A stretch of DNA of 24,000 nt from Shewanella psychrophila (GCF_002005305.1 NZ_CP014782.1:216706-240705); one strand, 5' to 3'. Shown: positions 1 to 8,994, counted from the stretch's first letter. The notes: generated by a model not told the origin, from the letters alone. Numbers and translations: made by a program.

Positions 1-390
1 TCCCATGACTATGACGAGCTTATTGGTCAAGCGGCTAAAAGGCACAAGTTAGATCCGGCACTGATCCGTGCCGTCATTCATGCAGAATCTGCCTTCAATG
101 TGTTTGCACTTTCCCGCACGGGAGCCATGGGTTTGATGCAGTTGATGCCGGAAACCGCCAAAGAGCTGGGCGTAAGCAATGCCTTTCGACCGGATCAGAA
201 CATCGATGGCGGTGCAAAATATCTGGCTCAGATGCTAAAGCGCTTCGATGGTGATATAGAGCTTGCCTGCGCCGCCTACAATGCGGGCCCCGCCACTGTG
301 ACTAACTATAATGGCATTCCCCCTTACCCCGAGACTCAAGCCTATGTAAAACGAGTGAAAATCCTTCTACAACGTTATCGTAAATCCTAG
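1..390 (+). CDS. Lytic transglycosylase, SLT domain (5'-truncated by window edge)
   Basis: Frame 1 is open from base 1. Translation reads ...[42 protein letters not shown]...AAYNAGP..., which matches the family-1 lytic transglycosylase motifs (catalytic E in AES, GLMQ, AYNAG). The ORF-track start at 100 is only the first internal Met. Confidence 0.85.
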   Translation, partial: SHDYDELIGQAAKRHKLDPALIRAVIHAESAFNVFALSRTGAMGLMQLMPETAKELGVSNAFRPDQNIDGGAKYLAQMLKRFDGDIELACAAYNAGPATVTNYNGIPPYPETQAYVKRVKILLQRYRKS

Positions 391-1820
391 GCCCTAGACC
401 CTAGGAGCTGATTAACCTCGCGATCCTTATCTGTTTTTAAATGGTGCCAAACCATAGGCGCCACAATTAAAAACATCACTATATTAGAGATAGGCATTGC
501 AAGCCACACGCCAGTGACCCCGAATAGAGGCGGTAAAAAGTAGAGGAATGGAAGCTGGATCAGCATATTACCTATGGATATTCCTAATGCCTTCTTTCCC
601 TGATTCACGGCCATGAAGAACATGATCGCTAACACCAGGTAGCCATCGAGAAACATGGCAAATAGGTGTAGCCGAATTCCTGTGGTCGCTTCTTCTATCA
701 GGGCTGTGTCTTCACTGTTAAACATGCCGATAATGTTACTTGGAAATAGATTCAGGATAAGTAACCAGACAATCCCGGCTGTGATGGTGACTTTAGTCGC
801 CAGCACTAGCACCTTCTTAATGTTTTCAGTCTGTTTAGCACCGAAGAAGTAACTCACCGGCGGCTGCATCCCTTCCCCTAATCCCTCGGCGATAAAGTAA
901 TAGAGCACCATCAGGTAGCCGACAATGGCAAAAGCGCCGACTGTAACTGGTGAGCCATACTCCATAAATAGACGATTATGTAGCGCGAACACGAAACTTG
1001 TATAGAGGTACATAACGAAGCTAGAAGCACCCAAGAGTAGTATTTGCTTTGCTAGTCTAGAGTCGAATCTCATTGCTGATAATTTTAGTGTTAAGTTACC
1101 CACTTTCAATCTTGTGGTCGATGATAAAAAATAGGCTAGTCCACACAACGAGACTGTTACCTGTGCTGCTACCGTTGCCACGCCTGCGCCATGCAGAGCC
1201 ATATCCATACGTACGATAAAGAGGTAATCGAGTAGGATATTAATACAGGCACCCATAATCATAAGTCCGGTTGCGATATTGGGACTTTCGTCGTTACGGA
1301 TCAGAATGGGCATTGCGGAAGCCAGAATGGTAAAGACTAAGGTCCAGATAAAAGGGCCTATGTACTGTTGCCCCAGTAGTAAGGTGTTGTCGATACCGCC
1401 TTGGATTTGCAATAAATGAGTTCCACTTATCGATAATAAGATTGAACCTAGTATCCCAAAAACTAAGATAAGGAAGATCGCTGTCGTTAAGGTGCGGTTG
1501 GTTTTGTTAGAGTGAGTGAGAGCGTCTGATTTGACCGAAGAAGAGACTTGTTCTTCACCTCGGCTTCTGGAGATAAGGCTACCCGACCCCATGCCTATCA
1601 TGAGGCCAATGCCCGCAAAAACATAGATGATAGGCCAAGCCATATTAATACCAGCCAGTCCCTCGTGGCCTACGTATTGGCCGATAAATATACCATCAAT
1701 TATTTGATAGAAGCTGTTGACCAGCATGGCTGCAACTGACGGAATCGCATAACGCCAGAAGGTGCGGTTAATGCTTTTATTTGATGAATCGGGTATTGAT
1801 ATCTGGTCGTTGGCTTGCAT
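387..1820 (-). CDS. MATE family multidrug/toxin efflux transporter
   Basis: 477-aa polytopic membrane protein. The N-terminus [31 protein letters not shown] is typical of MatE repeats, and the length is consistent with about 12 TM segments. Divergent from a LysR regulator. Confidence 0.85.
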   Translation of the reverse strand: MQANDQISIPDSSNKSINRTFWRYAIPSVAAMLVNSFYQIIDGIFIGQYVGHEGLAGINMAWPIIYVFAGIGLMIGMGSGSLISRSRGEEQVSSSVKSDALTHSNKTNRTLTTAIFLILVFGILGSILLSISGTHLLQIQGGIDNTLLLGQQYIGPFIWTLVFTILASAMPILIRNDESPNIATGLMIMGACINILLDYLFIVRMDMALHGAGVATVAAQVTVSLCGLAYFLSSTTRLKVGNLTLKLSAMRFDSRLAKQILLLGASSFVMYLYTSFVFALHNRLFMEYGSPVTVGAFAIVGYLMVLYYFIAEGLGEGMQPPVSYFFGAKQTENIKKVLVLATKVTITAGIVWLLILNLFPSNIIGMFNSEDTALIEEATTGIRLHLFAMFLDGYLVLAIMFFMAVNQGKKALGISIGNMLIQLPFLYFLPPLFGVTGVWLAMPISNIVMFLIVAPMVWHHLKTDKDREVNQLLGSRA

Positions 1821-1979
1821 AGATCACTTCTGAATTTTAAATATGGAATCTGGATATCCCATTAGGTTATCCTTAATTTTCGGATTGATTAAATCAGTTC
1901 GTATCCGGAAAGCGGATAGGTCGCTTATTTAGAGGCAATACTAAAATGAGAGTTAGGATAAGAGTAAAGGTGAGATGAT

Positions 1980-2876
1980 ATGAACTGGACGCTTTATCAG
2001 CTGGAAGCTTTCGTGCTTTCGGTTAATCATGGCTCATTCTCGGCGGCCGCAAGAAAACTGGGTAGGGCACAGTCTAGGATCAGTACGGCTATTGCCAATC
2101 TGGAAGTAGATCTGGGCTTTGAGCTATTCGATCGTAGTGCCAAGTTACCTGTGCTTACTAAACATGGTGAAGATATGTTTATTCAGGCTCAGGCCGTGCT
2201 CGAACAATGCCAGAGGCTCGAATCTCGTGCGATGACGCTTAATACCGGCCAGGAGATCGCGTTAACAGTTGCCATGGATGAAGCCGTTCCGGTTAATGCT
2301 TTTGAGCTGTTATTTGAACAAGTAGCAATACAATTTCCTTTGTTGAAACTGACGATTATCAATGGCTCCAGAGATGATATCGCCTCATGGGTAGATGAAG
2401 GCAAGGCTGATATGGGAATTGTTTTTCATGTGAGGGAGTTACCCGGTTCATTAGAATTTATGTCTATAGGCCAATTCAGGCAGTCACTGATAGTGTCACC
2501 TAAACACGCGTTAGCAAAAATTCCGTCTCCCAAAATAGCCGATCTCAATCAGTATCGTCAGCTGGTTATCCGTGATCGTGTAGGTGACAGTCAGGCCAAG
2601 GCACTGTCACCAAATCATTGGTATATAGATAGTTATTATTATATGACGGCACTGGTGATACGTGGTGTAGGTTGGGCACTCGTGCCTGAGCACGTGGTCA
2701 ATGCCGAGTGGTATTCTGGCGATGTTGTCGAGCTATCGACAGAATATATTCCCGATCCTCTTTTGGTCGAAATGGGGGTCGTTAATCGCCGTGATAAAGC
2801 CTATGGTCCTGTAATGGAGTGGATTTTTATCGAAATAGAGTCCATGTTTAAGTCTAATAAGCTTCAAAATTATTGA
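1980..2876 (+). CDS. LysR family transcriptional regulator
   Basis: 298 aa. N-terminal wHTH LEAFVLSVNHGSFSAAARKLGRAQSRISTAIANLE followed by a LysR substrate-binding-like C-terminus. GGTGAG SD lies upstream. Divergent from the MATE gene, a classic regulator/efflux pairing. Confidence 0.9.
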   Translation: MNWTLYQLEAFVLSVNHGSFSAAARKLGRAQSRISTAIANLEVDLGFELFDRSAKLPVLTKHGEDMFIQAQAVLEQCQRLESRAMTLNTGQEIALTVAMDEAVPVNAFELLFEQVAIQFPLLKLTIINGSRDDIASWVDEGKADMGIVFHVRELPGSLEFMSIGQFRQSLIVSPKHALAKIPSPKIADLNQYRQLVIRDRVGDSQAKALSPNHWYIDSYYYMTALVIRGVGWALVPEHVVNAEWYSGDVVELSTEYIPDPLLVEMGVVNRRDKAYGPVMEWIFIEIESMFKSNKLQNY

Positions 2877-2921
2877 TTTGTGCTAACTTAAGTTTAAGTG
2901 CAGTGAGAAGGGGAGGATTGC

Positions 2922-3299
2922 ATGTTAACTAGTTTAAAGCAAAAACTCGTCGAATTAGAGCTCTACCTGCTTAAGTCTGATGTCCGATCATCACCCGCTG
3001 AGTTAGATCTGCTCATTCATAACGACTTTCACGAGTTTGGTGCGTCCGGTGCCAGTTTTGGTAAGCGAGAAGTACTCGAATGTTTACCTAAAGAGAAGTG
3101 TCCTGAGTTTTGTGCCACCAGTTTCGAGCTTAGAATGTTATCAAAAGATCTTGCTCAGTTGCTGTATCGAGCCACGATGAAGAAACAGGATGAATTTAAC
3201 ACGCGTTATTCACTGAGAAGCTCGCTGTGGAAACACAATGAAGAGTTAGGTGAGTGGCAGATGATTTTTCATCAGGGAACAACTTGTGAGCGATTTTAA
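2922..3299 (+). CDS. DUF4440 / NTF2-like fold small protein
   Basis: 125 aa. GGGGAGG SD lies 5 nt upstream of the ATG. The pattern ...LLIHNDFHEFGASGASFGKREVL...W(K)H..GEWQMIFHQGT resembles SnoaL/DUF4440 proteins. Assigned by eye only. Confidence 0.55.
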   Translation: MLTSLKQKLVELELYLLKSDVRSSPAELDLLIHNDFHEFGASGASFGKREVLECLPKEKCPEFCATSFELRMLSKDLAQLLYRATMKKQDEFNTRYSLRSSLWKHNEELGEWQMIFHQGTTCERF

Positions 3300-3321
3300 T
3301 AGTCATTGATTAGTAGATAAA

Positions 3322-3343
3322 AAAGCCGCAATGAAGCGGCTTT
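3322..3343. terminator. Bidirectional rho-independent terminator hairpin between convergent genes
   Basis: aaagccgc-aatgaa-gcggcttt forms a perfect 8-bp stem. It is flanked by an A-run on one side and a T-run (ctgttttt) on the other. It sits between the stop of 2922..3299(+) and the stop of rlmJ(-). Confidence 0.65.
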
Positions 3344-3381
3344 ACTGTTTTTATTATGCAGGCTAATAAAATGTTCGTGGC

Positions 3382-4224
3382 TTATTCGCCGACTTCCCAT
3401 TTCACTGAGACTTTGCCGCCGCCTTGATTAAGCAATGGAGAAAGATAATCAAGCATCTCTGAAGCTGTCTCATCTAACTGCCAAGGTGGGTTGATGACCC
3501 AAAGACCAGCTGCGGTCATACCAAACTCATCACTGTCAGACTTTATCGCCTGCTCAATTCTAAGCTGACGCTTGATGCCGCTGTCGGTGAGCAGCTTAAG
3601 CATCTCTTCAGTCTGGGCACGTTTTACCACTGGATACCAGAGGATATAGATGCCGGTAGAGAAGCGTTTATGGGCTTTGATTATTGTCTTGGCAACATCC
3701 TGATAATCGGTTTTCATCTCATAACTAGGGTCTATCAGCACAACGCCGCGACGCTCAAGAGGTGGTACTGCTCCAAGTAAGCCTTTTAAGCCATCGCCTT
3801 TAATGACCCGTACTTGCTTGTCACTACCGAGTTGCTCGTCAAGCAAAGCATGGTCGGCGCCGTGTAGTTCATGAAGTACCATGCGATCTTTTTCGCGCAT
3901 ATTCATGTCGACGAACGCTGGAGAACCTGGGTAATAGGTTAGCTCAGATTCACCTTGGTTGAAGTGCTTAACGTCTTCAATATATTGTTGCAGTGATTCT
4001 GGGAGGTCGTTCTTATCCCAGAGTTTTGCCACACCATCGAGGTATTCCCCAGTTTTTTGTGCAAACTCATCGGTGAGAGCGTAACCACCGGCACCGGCAT
4101 GGGTATCTATATAGGCCAGTGGCTTATTTTTCTTATGCAGTGATTTCAGCACTTGTAGCAAGATCGAGTGCTTTAACACATCGGCATAATTTCCGGCATG
4201 GTAGCCGTGGCGATAACTAAGCAT
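3382..4224 (-). CDS. rlmJ: 23S rRNA (adenine2030-N6)-methyltransferase RlmJ
   Basis: 280 aa. The N-terminus MLSYRHGYHAGNYADVLKH and the length are diagnostic of RlmJ/YhiR. DPSYE and NPPW-type motifs are present (VLIDPSYE, VINPPW). Confidence 0.85.
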   Translation of the reverse strand: MLSYRHGYHAGNYADVLKHSILLQVLKSLHKKNKPLAYIDTHAGAGGYALTDEFAQKTGEYLDGVAKLWDKNDLPESLQQYIEDVKHFNQGESELTYYPGSPAFVDMNMREKDRMVLHELHGADHALLDEQLGSDKQVRVIKGDGLKGLLGAVPPLERRGVVLIDPSYEMKTDYQDVAKTIIKAHKRFSTGIYILWYPVVKRAQTEEMLKLLTDSGIKRQLRIEQAIKSDSDEFGMTAAGLWVINPPWQLDETASEMLDYLSPLLNQGGGKVSVKWEVGE

Positions 4225-4368
4225 GAAAATTCCAAGAAAATTGAATGTATCAGTGTAAATTCCTGCGCTATATTAACACAATTATTTCCATGAGAGTCTG
4301 GATATTGGGTTGTAGGAATGTAGAGCTTACAGTGATATTTGTATATCAACTGATAGGCATAAATCGAT

Positions 4369-4412
4369 ATATCAAAAACTTATATTATTATAATAATATA
4401 AGTTTTTGATAT
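4369..4412. repeat. Perfect 44-bp AT-rich palindrome (22+22, no spacer)
   Basis: atatcaaaaacttatattatta|taataatataagtttttgatat is an exact reverse complement. An outer inverted pair flanks it: aatcgata (4362-4369) and tatcgatt (4431-4438). Confidence 0.9.
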
Positions 4413-4644
4413 TTTTACGCTAGTTATTATTATCGATTAACTAATTCCTATCAATTTAATAGTCCGTCATATAAATTTAATATTACTCAGATCGGATGTT
4501 TAACTCGTTTTAAATTTTTTAAAAAACAAATAACTAAAATTAGTCGTTGTGTTTAATCGGTTTTATCGCAGGTGATTGTCAATCACTTATGTATTATAAA
4601 AACAAGAGGGTAACAAATGTTAACCTTGTTTAATCTTTGTCCGG

Positions 4645-4673
4645 TTGACAAATATTTTATTAAAGAGTAAAAA
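4645..4673 (+). promoter_or_regulatory. Near-consensus sigma70 promoter candidate (TTGACA-N17-TAAAAT)
   Basis: TTGACA at 4645-4650, a 17-nt spacer, and TAAAAT at 4668-4673, oriented toward rsmJ (start 4919). The background is AT-rich, so a chance match is possible. Confidence 0.35.
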
Positions 4674-4918
4674 TTTAAATATCTAGTTTATTTGTTAATC
4701 TTATTGTTTTTAATAGCAAGTAGAGTAATAAATTGAACTTGTTAGAATCAAGCTTTGTATAAAAGAGTGGGTTAACCTGAAGCTATTAACAGTCGCCAAT
4801 CCAATGTGGGCCTAGCGGGACACAATAGCGGAAAGACTTTACTTGGCCGAAAGCTCTTGTATTCACTGAGCTGAGCTTTTGGCATAATGTAGAGATAATC
4901 GTCCAAATTCGAGTTAAC

Positions 4919-5695
4919 GTGACTAAAGATAAACAAGAAAAATCGGTTCCAGGCATTTTTTTCAATGCTCAATATCCTTCACTGGAGGCTATCTGTCAGC
5001 GTTGGGGACTGGTTTTTGACAAAGAAGCCGATTTTGAACTGGTTTTTGAAAATAATACGTTGATCCTTAACAAGCGTGATGAGCCAAAACTTAAAGGTAT
5101 TTGTGTGGACTTCGTCTCTGGTGCCGTGGCTCATCGTCGAAAATTCGGTGGTGGACGTGGTCAATCCATTGCTAAGGCGGTTGGGCTCAAACAAGGCGTA
5201 AATCCTTCAGTGGTCGATGGTACTGCGGGTCTTGGTCGAGATGCTTTCGTGTTGGCTAGCTTGGGCTGCACCGTGATTATGGTTGAGCGTCATCCTGTGG
5301 TTGCCGCCTTGCTAGAAGATGGTCTAAGACGTGCCTACGAAGATGTGGATATCGGTGAATGGATGCGTGAGCGAATGAGTCTGGTCCCCGGTTCTAGCCT
5401 TGAATCTGTTATAGAGCTAGGTAAAGAGGTCGATGTTGTTTATCTGGATCCCATGTACCCCCACAGAGAGAAGTCGGCTCTGGTTAAGAAGGAAATGCGG
5501 GTCTTTCAATCTCTGGTGGGAGCCGACATGGATGCCGATGGCTTACTTGAACCCGCCATGACACTCGCGACGAAACGAGTGGTAGTCAAGAGGCCTGACT
5601 ATGCTGAAGACCTAGATGGCGTGAAGCCGTCGATGGTGATAGCAACGAAGAAAAACCGCTTCGATGTCTATGTAAAGGCTGCGATGACGAGCTAG
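4919..5695 (+). CDS. rsmJ: 16S rRNA (guanine1516-N2)-methyltransferase RsmJ
   Basis: 258 aa. [19 protein letters not shown]... and [39 protein letters not shown] match RsmJ/YhiQ. The start is GTG at 4919 with no in-frame ATG nearby, so the start is somewhat uncertain. Confidence 0.85.
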   Translation: MTKDKQEKSVPGIFFNAQYPSLEAICQRWGLVFDKEADFELVFENNTLILNKRDEPKLKGICVDFVSGAVAHRRKFGGGRGQSIAKAVGLKQGVNPSVVDGTAGLGRDAFVLASLGCTVIMVERHPVVAALLEDGLRRAYEDVDIGEWMRERMSLVPGSSLESVIELGKEVDVVYLDPMYPHREKSALVKKEMRVFQSLVGADMDADGLLEPAMTLATKRVVVKRPDYAEDLDGVKPSMVIATKKNRFDVYVKAAMTS

Positions 5696-6024
5696 CTATA
5701 TTGAAGTTATTGGTGAGCGTAGGGGCTAGCAGGTCGGGTCAGATCAAGAGACCTCAATTAAATACACTGAAGACCTAGATGGCGTGAAGCCGTCGATGGT
5801 GATAGCAACGAAGAAAAACCGCTTCGATGTCTATGTAAAGGCTGCGATGACGAGCTAGCTATATTGAAGTTATTGGTGAGCGTAGGGGGCTAGCAGGTCG
5901 GGTCAGGTCAAGAGACCTCAATTAAATACACTGAAGACTTAGATGGCGTGAAGCCGTCGATGGTGATAGCAACGAAGAAAAATCGCTTCGATGTCTATGC
6001 AAAGGCTGCGATGACGAGCTAGCT
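5604..6024. repeat. Tandem direct repeat, period 163/164 bp, about 2.6 copies, duplicating the rsmJ 3' end
   Basis: Copies start at 5604, 5767 and 5931, each beginning ctgaagacc/tt.agatggcgtgaagccgtcgatggtgatagc.... Each copy holds the last ~30 codons of rsmJ plus its stop, and the two full copies add ~71 bp of downstream sequence. Copies differ by a few substitutions and a 1-nt indel. The third copy ends at ...gacgagctagct (6024). Confidence 0.95.
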
Positions 6025-6133
6025 TGTTATGGTTTACGGCCTGATTACGACTAATTTGAACAAGAGGTTTATGCTTTTCTATTTAAGCGTAAATACTGAG
6101 ACATTCTATCTAGTAACTCGAAAGGAAACTCAA

Positions 6134-6517
6134 ATGTCAGAAGTAACAGGTAAAATCCGCACTACGTTAAGAGTTGAGGGATTGGTGATATTGCTAGCCT
6201 CATTACTGATCTACCACAAGTTTTCTTTTAGTTGGTCAGAATTCGCATGGTTTTTTCTGGCTCCAGATCTTGCACTATTAGCCTATATTCATAGTGCTAA
6301 ACTCGGTTCCCTTGCCTATAACCTATCCCATTCGTTTATTGGCCCCTTAGTCACCTTGTTATTTGGCGTACTGGGGGATTCACAAGTTGCAATTCAAATT
6401 TCATTAATCTGGTGTGGACATATAGGCTTCGATAGAGCCTTGGGTTATGGCCTGAAGTATTCAAAAGGCTTCTCCTACACTCACTTAGGTCAAATTGGTA
6501 AGAGTCAAAAGACATAG
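6134..6517 (+). CDS. DUF4260-like small membrane protein
   Basis: The ATG at 6134 is preceded by AAGGAAA SD. The 127-aa product MSEVTGKIRTTLRVEGLVILLASLL...HIGFDRALGYGLKY has about 4 hydrophobic segments. The track ORF start at 6029 lies partly in repeat-derived sequence and lacks an SD. Confidence 0.6.
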   Translation: MSEVTGKIRTTLRVEGLVILLASLLIYHKFSFSWSEFAWFFLAPDLALLAYIHSAKLGSLAYNLSHSFIGPLVTLLFGVLGDSQVAIQISLIWCGHIGFDRALGYGLKYSKGFSYTHLGQIGKSQKT

Positions 6518-6550
6518 TAAATATGGGGAGCTGCTAGGTGGCAACTTGTT

Positions 6551-6580
6551 GCTTATAAGTCTTAAATGAGACTTATAAGC
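6551..6580 (+). terminator. Hairpin downstream of the DUF4260 gene (possible terminator)
   Basis: gcttataagtct-taaatg-agacttataagc forms a perfect 12-bp stem. The stem is AT-rich and only a weak T tract follows. Confidence 0.4.
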
Positions 6581-7070
6581 ACTGTATTAGATGTTTTATC
6601 TGGTCCGTTAGCCTAGGCTATGTTCATAACCGAGATCATATTTTTAATCGGCAATCTTATTATTGCGCTCAATAATATTTAGTTCCCACTAGTACTTATA
6701 TACTACTTAACTAACTCAGCTCTATTTGTTTTTTAATATGTGGGATTGAGTGTTCTACTCTAAGAACTATTATTGCTGGTAATGTTTTATATGGGTTGGA
6801 TAACATTGGTGCAGCCGCACCAATATTGACCGCGTATAGAGTAAGGTTACTTGTCATTGTGAATATAATTGATCATGAATAAAAATTTAACATTCATTAA
6901 TTAACTAATCACCATTTTAAATATATAATCATTATTATGTTTTACTCCTTGTATTAATTCGTGGCGTTCGTAAGTAGTTAAAGCGATGTTGTTATATACC
7001 ACTGCAATGAGTTTGACACTGGGGTTATACCCAGAAAGCGTAGTGTTGAATAACTTGGAAGGATAGGTCC

Positions 7071-7805
7071 ATGAACATTGATAAACTCTACTCGCTAGTT
7101 GAATCTCTTTCACACTGTCATACCCCTGAAGAAATTGAGAAAGTCTGCTTAAAGTTTTGCCAATTATGCGAGCTGGAATTTTTTCTGTTTGCTGTCTGTA
7201 ATGCAACGTCTCTTAGTGCGCCTAAAATCTTTACTCTCACCAACTACCCCAGTGAGTGGTTAGACGTTTATTATAAAAATAACTTTCAAAAAAGTGATGC
7301 CGTTGTGAGGTATTGCTTTGGTAATTCGGTACCCATCACCTGGAATAAGTTGATGAAAATTGATGAGTACAGTGAGCCTAATGCTGTTAAAGTAATGAAT
7401 GAGGCGCATTCAAAAGGTCTGATCGATGGCTTATCTGTTCCAATTAAGGCTCCAACCGGTGAAATTGCCATTTTAAGCTTAACGACTAAAATAGAACCTG
7501 ATGTTCAGCAACGTCTCGCCAATGTGCTCCCCTTTGTACAGTATTTTGGTTATTCGTTATTAGAAACCCACCTGAAAATGAATTTAGGAAAATCACCATC
7601 GGCTTCACTCACCCCCAGAGAAAAAGAAAGCTTATTTTGGGCATGTGAGGGTAAGACTGCCTGGGAGATGTCACAAATAATGAGTGTGGCCGAACGTACA
7701 GCAATATTTCATTTGAGCAGTGCCACTAAAAAATTGGGTGCGGCCAATCGGCAACATGCGGTTGCCAAAGCTGTGATGTATGGACTCATAAAACCACAGC
7801 CCTAA
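7071..7805 (+). CDS. luxR: LuxR-family AHL-responsive transcriptional regulator (autoinducer-binding domain + HTH)
   Basis: 244 aa. The N-terminal domain shows spacing of the conserved AHL-pocket residues (W..YY......SDAVV...PITW...GLSVPI). The C-terminal GerE/LuxR HTH reads LTPREKESLFWACEGKTAWEMSQIMSVAERTAIFHLSSATKKLGAANRQHAV. GGAAGGA SD is present. Confidence 0.9.
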   Translation: MNIDKLYSLVESLSHCHTPEEIEKVCLKFCQLCELEFFLFAVCNATSLSAPKIFTLTNYPSEWLDVYYKNNFQKSDAVVRYCFGNSVPITWNKLMKIDEYSEPNAVKVMNEAHSKGLIDGLSVPIKAPTGEIAILSLTTKIEPDVQQRLANVLPFVQYFGYSLLETHLKMNLGKSPSASLTPREKESLFWACEGKTAWEMSQIMSVAERTAIFHLSSATKKLGAANRQHAVAKAVMYGLIKPQP

Positions 7806-7839
7806 TGATTGGCTGATGCCAGCAGAACCTTTAAAAACA

Positions 7840-7865
7840 AACATAGAGCCATCGGCCCTATGTTT
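7840..7865. terminator. Imperfect hairpin between convergent luxR and the RibD-like gene
   Basis: aacatagagcc-atc-ggccctatgtt forms an 11-bp stem with one mismatch, located between the two stops (7805 and 7905). Confidence 0.4.
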
Positions 7866-7904
7866 AAGAAGGTTTACTCATTATCTCGCTACCATAATAA
7901 GGGG

Positions 7905-8876
7905 TTAATGAGACTGCATCGGAGTATGGGCGTCCTGACTTTTCTCTGGCATTAAGATTAAGCGACTACAAGCGCCTATATCAGTATTTGAATTTAGCTG
8001 CCAACCCTCAGTGGGGAGCGAAGCCAATTCTGTGAGCTTACTTACTGGTTTGTCATGAATCGGTAAGTGACAAATCACTTCGTCTGTTAATTTATTTTCC
8101 ATTAATGCTGACTGCATCTTGTCCTCTGTGAGGACCAATACACTACAGCGGTGCTCGCTAGCAAAATACTTAAGCAAAGTGCGCATACCTTCTATGGATG
8201 TGGCTTCATAAAATTCTTGGTATTCATTTGCATAATTTCTATCTGATAACTGCTCAATAAAGCCTTTTTGAGACGGCGAATACACCACGGCGCGGGATTG
8301 TTTCGCAATTTCATCTATATAGGCAACAAACCCAAATTCGCCTCGAAAATCTTCCAGACGCAATGACTTATCTTGGTTATCGGCTATGGATACGCTGGAT
8401 ACCCAGGGGCGATGACTCGATAGCACCATGTTAAGCCCTGAGCCAATTCTGCGTGTTGCATGTAAAAAGTCGACACTCTCGATCTCACCTTGCCATCGCC
8501 CTAGTGGCGATGCTCGAAAGCTCTGCATATCAAAGTCCATGACTGGCACTATGATTTTTTGGCAAGATGATTCGACGAGACTGCTGGCAAGCTCTTCACA
8601 GTCGAACAGTGATTCTAATGGCCATAGAGTCACAATTAATGTGTGCACCACATGGGCATAGCGATTTATGGACGCGGTCAAACTCAGATAGTTTGTGCCG
8701 GCAATGATAGCCTCGGAATGAATATGCAGGCTATTTTCATCGAGCAAGACCCAACCGATACCGGCTCTTTTAGATACCTTTTCAGCCGAAGTGATGGCTA
8801 AACTCATCGACACTTCGAGGGCTGCTCGTTGTTTTTGTTGTGTGTCTAGTTCCAAAATTTGATACATCCTGATCAT
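7905..8876 (-). CDS. RibD-like (deaminase + reductase fold) protein with degenerate catalytic motifs; function unknown
   Basis: 323 aa. By-eye alignment to RibD gives: IGWVLL vs VGCVIV; IVTLWPL...DC vs YVTLEPC..PPC; HRPWVSSVSIADNQD vs RPyVtlKlA.SLDG; VLVLTEDKMQSALMENKLTDEVICHLPI vs vwvEaGg.L..all.agLvDEl.vyiaP. The zinc-ligand PC..C and EGG motifs are not conserved. That the ORF is real is more certain than its function. Confidence 0.45.
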   Translation of the reverse strand: MIRMYQILELDTQQKQRAALEVSMSLAITSAEKVSKRAGIGWVLLDENSLHIHSEAIIAGTNYLSLTASINRYAHVVHTLIVTLWPLESLFDCEELASSLVESSCQKIIVPVMDFDMQSFRASPLGRWQGEIESVDFLHATRRIGSGLNMVLSSHRPWVSSVSIADNQDKSLRLEDFRGEFGFVAYIDEIAKQSRAVVYSPSQKGFIEQLSDRNYANEYQEFYEATSIEGMRTLLKYFASEHRCSVLVLTEDKMQSALMENKLTDEVICHLPIHDKPVSKLTELASLPTEGWQLNSNTDIGACSRLILMPEKSQDAHTPMQSH

Positions 8877-8951
8877 GTAGGTAAGGGAACATTATGTGTT
8901 TCTTCGGGTGAACATTTTCCAAAGTAAACGGCACTATTGTTCCGTTAATAT

Positions 8952-8969
8952 AACCAAGTTTTCTTGGTT
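8952..8969. promoter_or_regulatory. 18-bp palindrome aaccaag-tttt-cttggtt in the divergent promoter region
   Basis: Perfect 7-bp arms separated by tttt, about 80 bp upstream of the RibD-like gene start. No known regulator can be assigned. Confidence 0.3.
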
Positions 8970-8973
8970 CGAA

Positions 8974-8994
8974 TACTGTAAATAGTGTCAGGTA
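8974..8994. promoter_or_regulatory. lux-box-like site 1 (CTGT-N8-TCAG)
   Basis: taCTGTaaatagtgTCAGgta. It shares CTGTnAnnAGTGnCAG with site 2, which lies 95 bp away. It lies in the intergenic region between the RibD-like gene and luxI. Confidence 0.4.

Noticed and set aside
655-852. Small ORFs antisense to the MATE gene (655..852, 1548..1739) and to the LysR gene (2189..2404)
   Set aside because: They are shadow ORFs inside well-supported genes, with no motifs or ribosome-binding sites.
4572-4586. GTGATTGtCAATCAC palindrome as a Fur box
   Set aside because: It resembles the Fur TGATAAT-N-ATTATCA dyad only superficially. The half-site sequence and spacing differ, and the neighbouring genes have no iron-related function.
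4772-5194. Minus-strand ORFs 4772..4972 (66 aa) and 4979..5194 (71 aa)
   Set aside because: They overlap the rsmJ start or coding region on the opposite strand and have no SD and no recognisable family features.
5604-6024. Possibility that the direct repeats are a CRISPR array or an assembly artefact
   Set aside because: The repeat unit is 163-164 bp with no unique spacers and contains coding sequence, so it is not CRISPR-like. The copies differ by several substitutions and an indel, which argues against simple mis-assembly.
6029-6133. N-terminal extension of the DUF4260 ORF (track start 6029)
   Set aside because: The extension begins just 5 nt after the end of the tandem repeat and has no SD. 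The ATG at 6134 has an AAGGAAA SD and gives a protein of typical family length.
6901-7206. 101-aa minus-strand ORF overlapping the luxR start
   Set aside because: The sequence is AT-rich, the ORF overlaps the well-supported luxR CDS by 136 nt, and it has no motif support. It is likely spurious.
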